Below are positions 27,080 to 32,000 of a stretch of DNA of 32,000 nucleotides, piece by piece; positions within the stretch are counted from its first letter, which is position 1, and the number at the start of each line of letters is the position of its first letter. The notes under the pieces are model-generated. The model worked only from the letters and a program-made list of their open reading frames with translations, did not search any database and was not told where the DNA came from. A program made the position numbers and the translations under genes. Source of the stretch: an archaeon (lineage in GTDB: Archaea; Asgardarchaeota; Thorarchaeia; Thorarchaeales; Thorarchaeaceae); assembly GCA_024275415.1 (NCBI GenBank), contig JAJRZD010000064.1:63896-95895 (forward strand). The letters are read 5' to 3'.

Positions 27080-28237
27080 ATGGACATATATCAAGTGCTT
27101 CTCCTCATTATTGGAATCTATCTCCTCATCTACATCATCGCACAAGCTCTTGGAGTAGAGAAACTACAGGAGAAGGGCATTGAAGCGGGCACTCCGTTTT
27201 TCCTGATGATAAAGACTGAACGCCTAAATTCATTTCTCACTAGGATGGGCAAGAAGTTCCCAAAGGCTTTCTTCAACCTTGGGATAATTGTCGCATTTGG
27301 TGGGATGGCCATTGGATTCTGGTTGTTTGGGGAGAACCTCTTGCGTTTCTTTTTCACTCCCGAAACTGCAGGAGGAGTCGTACCAATAATTCCCGGTGTC
27401 ACGATTAATGGCCCTCAGCTTTTCTATATGATGATCGGCTTGGCTATCACATTGCTTACGCACGAGTTCGCACATGGCTTGGCATCGGCAAAGGACAATA
27501 TACCCATTAAGAGCTCGGGATTGGTATTCCTCCTTGTACTCTTTGGCGGATTTGTCGAACCTGATGAGGAGGTCTTTGAGCAAGAAGCAAGCCCTCAAGC
27601 CCGGATGCGCCTTTTGGCCGCAGGGTCATTTGCTAACCTGCTTTGGGCGTTCTTTTTCCTTCTCCTGTTGATCAATGTGGCCCCTGTTCTATCACTGGGC
27701 TATAATCCTCCCAGTGGAGCTTATGTTTATGATATCGCACCCGATTCGGCTGCCTTTGGCAACATCGCAATTGGTGATGTGATTATCCAACTCAATGATA
27801 CTGATATCAATTCGTGGGCTGATGTGTCGCGATTCATGGCAAACAGCCTTTCAAATACAACATTGACCGTCCATACTCTAGACAGTGTGTTCGATCTAAC
27901 TCTCGGGATGAACCCCGCGAATCATACACGAGGGTATATTGGGATATATGGTGCTGACTATTGGGAACCAAAATATGGCTTTCTTGATCCTATGATCCCA
28001 TTCCATTATCAGATGGTGCTTCAGTGGACGTTCCTCATTCTTTTCTCTGTATCACTGTTCAACCTGCTTCCCATCCCATTCTTGGACGGTGATAAGTTGC
28101 TTTCCAACGCCCTCAGTCTGAAGATTAAGGATGAACGGACAATGAAATACATTATGTATCCAGCTCGGTTCCTCGCAGTCGCTATTGTTATACTGAGTGT
28201 AGTACTCACCTTTGTCATGGGGAAGGCTATTTTCTAA
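27080..28237 (+). CDS. Site-2 protease (peptidase M50) with PDZ insert
   Basis: HEFAH, GGFVEPD, AAGSFANL, PDZ-like region, NLLPIPFLDG. Confidence 0.92.
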   Translation: MDIYQVLLLIIGIYLLIYIIAQALGVEKLQEKGIEAGTPFFLMIKTERLNSFLTRMGKKFPKAFFNLGIIVAFGGMAIGFWLFGENLLRFFFTPETAGGVVPIIPGVTINGPQLFYMMIGLAITLLTHEFAHGLASAKDNIPIKSSGLVFLLVLFGGFVEPDEEVFEQEASPQARMRLLAAGSFANLLWAFFFLLLLINVAPVLSLGYNPPSGAYVYDIAPDSAAFGNIAIGDVIIQLNDTDINSWADVSRFMANSLSNTTLTVHTLDSVFDLTLGMNPANHTRGYIGIYGADYWEPKYGFLDPMIPFHYQMVLQWTFLILFSVSLFNLLPIPFLDGDKLLSNALSLKIKDERTMKYIMYPARFLAVAIVILSVVLTFVMGKAIF

Positions 28238-28359
28238 GTGGAATTGGAATGCCATCGTCCCGTCATTGATGGCTTCCACTCCATTCTTCAATGGACAAAT
28301 GACTAATCTTTTCAGCAATCAGATGACACATTGTTCTAATCTTGGCTGGGAATGTCATC

Positions 28360-29292
28360 ATGATTGTGCGTTGCTCAAAGTGTGAACATGAAGCAGTCTA
28401 CCTCCGCAGATACACATCTGAACGGCTCTGTCCATCGTGCCTTGTACATACATCCGTTGATCGAGTACGAAGAGCGATTAACCGTAGAAAGATGCTGAGG
28501 GAAGATGATCGGATAGTCGTAGGGGTTTCTGGGGGAAAGGATAGCGCAGTCCTATTGGACATCATCCACCAGATAGAGCAAAGGTATCCTCAGACTGAAG
28601 TAATCCCAGTCACAATAGATGAAGGAATACGCGGATACAGGGATCAGGCTCTTGAGGCCGCCAAGGCACTATCACGGTCATTGGGGCTATCACTTGTACT
28701 TCGGTCATTCGAAGATGTCTTCGGGATGTCTCTTGACGACATGGTGGACGTACGTGGGGACACAGGTACATTGGGAGCCTGTTCATATTGTGGGGTGTTC
28801 AGGCGAAAAGCCCTCAATCTTGCTGCTCGCGAGCTTGAGGCTGACGTTGTTGCTACAGGACATAATATGGATGATGAGGCTCAAACGGTCATAATGAATA
28901 TAATGCGCGGAGATGGAAGGCGAATAGGAAGAACCAATCGATTGAGAATGCAGCCAATACGCGGGTTTGTACCACGAATCAAGCCCCTTGCCGTGTTGAG
29001 TGAACGAGACATTGTTGCATACGCTCATCACACACAGCTTCCATATCATGATGTCCCTTGCCCATACGCTACAGAGGCATACAGGAACGATATACGCAAT
29101 TTCCTGAATGACATGGAACACAAGCGACCTGGTACCCTGACTGCCATCCTCCGATCTGGGGAGGCAATTGCAAAAGCAATCGCAAGTACGTCAAGTGAAT
29201 CATTTTATTCTACCTGCTCCACGTGTGGCGACCCTTCGACAACAACGATGTGCAAAGCATGTCAGCTTCTTGACAAATTGGAACAAGGATGA
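28360..29292 (+). CDS. ncsA: TIGR00269-type tRNA 2-thiolation protein (NcsA/TtuA/Ctu1 family)
   Basis: N- and C-terminal zinc fingers, SGGKDS PP-loop, CSYCGVFRR, ATGHNMDD, CPYA; likely ATG at 28360. Confidence 0.88.
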   Translation: MIVRCSKCEHEAVYLRRYTSERLCPSCLVHTSVDRVRRAINRRKMLREDDRIVVGVSGGKDSAVLLDIIHQIEQRYPQTEVIPVTIDEGIRGYRDQALEAAKALSRSLGLSLVLRSFEDVFGMSLDDMVDVRGDTGTLGACSYCGVFRRKALNLAARELEADVVATGHNMDDEAQTVIMNIMRGDGRRIGRTNRLRMQPIRGFVPRIKPLAVLSERDIVAYAHHTQLPYHDVPCPYATEAYRNDIRNFLNDMEHKRPGTLTAILRSGEAIAKAIASTSSESFYSTCSTCGDPSTTTMCKACQLLDKLEQG

Positions 29293-29301
29293 GGATTCGT
29301 A

Positions 29302-30000
29302 TTGTCACGGAAACCAGAAACGCTCCACGAGCAGAGAGAAATAACATATGATACTGAACATTGGACGCACCTAGATGCTCTCCGACAGAATGCGCGCAGT
29401 GTCATCTTGGCATTGGCTGATGTAGGATGTGAGGCATATGTCTATGGTTCTGTTGCACGAGGGGACATCTCTGTGAATTCTGATATCGATGTTATCATTC
29501 CCCATGTCGTGTCCAGCTTCAAGGTGGAACTGGCTCTCGGAAAGGGTATTAGACGAGAACTGGTTCAGGCTACCCCCTCATCGGTCATGAAAGGACATTT
29601 ACATCTTGATGCGGATGTTGTTGTCAGTTTTCCATTGTTTAGAATGCTATCTAGAGAACGAGAGTTCTACCGTTGGGGTGGGCTAGCAAGCGTGTGCGAG
29701 TTAGGTTCTGGGGCCCGAGTTCCTGGGGTCAATAAGAAGCTGCTTCTCATTGTGCCCACTGAAACTGGACATCAGGAACAAGGCATTATAGGTCAGGAAT
29801 GGTACGCTGCCAAGGTACTGGGCGTCAGTCCCGCGATCGCACATGAGAGAGTGAGAGTACTGACCAGAAGGGATACAATGGGACGGACCGGGGTCTATCG
29901 GACCTATCAAATACGAGAAGACGAAACCTTTGAAGAAGCTGCGAAAAGGCTCAGTGACAATGATCCCGCATTGCGGAGGACAATACGTCGAAGGAAGTGA
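29302..30000 (+). CDS. Predicted nucleotidyltransferase (COG2413-like)
   Basis: YGSVARGD...SDID, LVQATP, EFYRWGG, RVPGVNKKL, VLTRRD..GRTGV. Confidence 0.82.
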   Translation: MSRKPETLHEQREITYDTEHWTHLDALRQNARSVILALADVGCEAYVYGSVARGDISVNSDIDVIIPHVVSSFKVELALGKGIRRELVQATPSSVMKGHLHLDADVVVSFPLFRMLSREREFYRWGGLASVCELGSGARVPGVNKKLLLIVPTETGHQEQGIIGQEWYAAKVLGVSPAIAHERVRVLTRRDTMGRTGVYRTYQIREDETFEEAAKRLSDNDPALRRTIRRRK

Positions 30001-31142
30001 CGTTCGAAATGAAACGAAGACCAAAGGAGCTTGAGGGTGGTTCCATCATACTTGGAGAATTGCCTCGTGGATGCAGACTATGTGCCAAGGGCTCGAAAAT
30101 GGTTCTTTTTGTTACTGGGCTATGCGAGAGTTCATGCTATTACTGTCCTCTTTCTCATGAGAAGGCCGGGAAAGACATGGTCTATGCGGATGAGATGCTC
30201 GTTTCGAATGATGAGGATGTCCTCTACGAGCTGGCTACAATCGATGCAGAAGGAGCCGGGATGAGCGGGGGTGACCCTTTGTGTACCCTCGACAAGACAG
30301 TCCACTTCATTAGTCTTCTAAAAGCACGGGCTGGAAAGGACTTCCATTTACATCTTTATACTAGCAAGGCTGACGCAAGATTTGACGAACTAGAACAGCT
30401 CCGAAAAGCAGGGTTGGATGAAATAAGGTTCCATCCCCAAGGTGATGACTGGTCTGGAATTGCACATGCGTTGTCGTTGGGGATGACTGTAGGTCTTGAG
30501 GTTCCAGCACTCCCAAATGGGTTCAAACGCATAGTCAAAATGGCAGAAAGGGCCGAAGCGATGGGGGTCGCCTTCCTCAATCTCAACGAGCTCGAATCTA
30601 GTGAAACCAATTTCGAACAGCTTGTGTCCATGGGGATGCGTTTGAACAACCTTGGTGGTGCCAGCATCCGTGGGAGTTCTGAAACTGCGAAACAGGTGAT
30701 TGAGTGGGCAAAAGTGAATCTGAGATCCCTCACGGTGCATTATTGTTCTGCTCGGTTCAAAGATGCGGTACAATTACGAAATCGGCTCGAACGAAGGCGA
30801 AACAATGTCATCAGGCCTTTTGAGGAGCCTGATGAGGAAGAACCGTTGCTGATACTTGGTATCATTAGAGCGCCCCATGGACAAACCCTCTCTGAGGAAC
30901 ACCTATCATTTTTGGAAACCAAGCTCGCAACTATCTTCGATGTCCCATCGGAACTGATGAATGTTGATATTACAAGGAACCGGATTGAGATAGCACATTG
31001 GATACTCACTGAGATTGCGGAAGATGTCAAGAGGCTTTTTACGTTCCATCAGGCAATTGAAATGGGCATTGCGTTCGAGTACCCAACTAGTGATAGGCTA
31101 CAAGTCCTGTTCGAACCTCTATTATTCAATCACTCAACCTGA
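29997..31142 (+). CDS. Radical SAM protein (COG2108-like)
   Basis: CRLCAKGSKMVLFVTGLCESSCYYCPLS, GMSGGDP, HLHLYT, GLDEIRFHP, LNLNELE. Confidence 0.85.
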   Translation: MTFEMKRRPKELEGGSIILGELPRGCRLCAKGSKMVLFVTGLCESSCYYCPLSHEKAGKDMVYADEMLVSNDEDVLYELATIDAEGAGMSGGDPLCTLDKTVHFISLLKARAGKDFHLHLYTSKADARFDELEQLRKAGLDEIRFHPQGDDWSGIAHALSLGMTVGLEVPALPNGFKRIVKMAERAEAMGVAFLNLNELESSETNFEQLVSMGMRLNNLGGASIRGSSETAKQVIEWAKVNLRSLTVHYCSARFKDAVQLRNRLERRRNNVIRPFEEPDEEEPLLILGIIRAPHGQTLSEEHLSFLETKLATIFDVPSELMNVDITRNRIEIAHWILTEIAEDVKRLFTFHQAIEMGIAFEYPTSDRLQVLFEPLLFNHST

Positions 31143-32000
31143 ATCTAAGCAGAGCCGCGATTCCTCCAAGGTTTTGTAGTTGATCCCCTGCTGGATGCTC
31201 TGTGGAGATAATATGGAACTTGCCACGGGCGCTCTCCACCTCACGTATCAGCTTATCCGTCCACCGTCGCTGGTCGGGAGTGCCCTCCCTTAGTCGTTTG
31301 TCTGTAATCAGAAGGTTTTCAACCGCACCATATTGCACCGCCTTTGCGACCTCATCAGGACCATATGCAGCCAGCCCATCCCCTTTTGCAATATGCTCGA
31401 TAGTGCTTTCAACCAATCGTGTTTCTTCTTCAAGTCTAATCCCTTCAATGGCTGACGAGATCACTCCTCTAAAAAGGATCTCTTTGGCGCCTGGTATACC
31501 AATGGAGTTCGTGCTTTCCACAACCACTGAGGGGAGGTTTTTGATTCGTGCACCCAAAAGATGATCTTTGAAATGATCCTTGACAAATCCGGGACCTGCA
31601 ATGACGATCAGACCGACATCATTCTGCTCGATTTGTGACATGATTCCTACAGTGACCTCTTGAAAGAACTCCTTCATGGTGGCATCATGTGATTTCTGGC
31701 TCCCTCGCTTCCGAGAGATACTGGTTCTTATGCGAACTGCTTCTTTGATGCCAAAATCAGCTGCTAAGAACAGCTCGGCAACACCATCTTCTATGGTGAC
31801 GAGCAGCGCTATAGGGCTTTTTCCAGATTTCTCCGCCTCCTCAAGCCGTTTGAGCAGATACTTGGGCCATCTCTCCTTCATGATGGTAAGGGTATCACCC
31901 TGCTCAATATTGATTGTATGGTACGACCCCATACTTACATACTCGGAAGGCCCTTCCAGTATTGTCCCCTTTATCCGTACTCGATTCGAGAACGAATGGA
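31126..32000 (-). CDS. pelA: Pelota/Dom34 ribosome-rescue factor (5'-truncated by window edge)
   Basis: Frame open to the edge (HSFSNRVRIKGTILEGP..MGSYHT); IAGPGFVK, AAYGPDEV, GGIAALLRF. Confidence 0.93.
   Translation of the reverse strand, partial: HSFSNRVRIKGTILEGPSEYVSMGSYHTINIEQGDTLTIMKERWPKYLLKRLEEAEKSGKSPIALLVTIEDGVAELFLAADFGIKEAVRIRTSISRKRGSQKSHDATMKEFFQEVTVGIMSQIEQNDVGLIVIAGPGFVKDHFKDHLLGARIKNLPSVVVESTNSIGIPGAKEILFRGVISSAIEGIRLEEETRLVESTIEHIAKGDGLAAYGPDEVAKAVQYGAVENLLITDKRLREGTPDQRRWTDKLIREVESARGKFHIISTEHPAGDQLQNLGGIAALLRFRLSD

Overview
Archaeal chromosomal window, most likely an Asgard archaeon (Thorarchaeia-like; inferred from rps30e, gene style and a eukaryote-like 5S loop, not proven). 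Most of it is conserved informational core: nurA-herA, DUF460, rps30e, pyrK/pyrD, nop5-fibrillarin-DUF61-HTH, rnhB, a stand-alone 5S rRNA, elp3, intron-containing tRNA-Ser(UGA), archease, SPOUT methyltransferase, ychF, tRNA-iMet, rps27ae/rps24e, spt4-rpoE1-PIN-eIF2gamma-rps6e, a site-2 protease, a tRNA thiolase-nucleotidyltransferase-radical SAM operon, and pelota. The ORF track misses rps30e and rps27ae. The most interesting items are: (1) a decayed ~3 kb integrative element between spt4 and rps24e, whose only intact gene (DUF3800) is followed by a twin-hairpin structured RNA; (2) an initiator tRNA with a D-loop intron plus an anticodon intron that folds into two mutually exclusive splice structures; (3) a putative corrinoid-uptake operon with a perfect 22-bp palindrome over its promoter; (4) a 5S rRNA with a eukaryote-length loop C. 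All calls come from manual reading; no searches were run.
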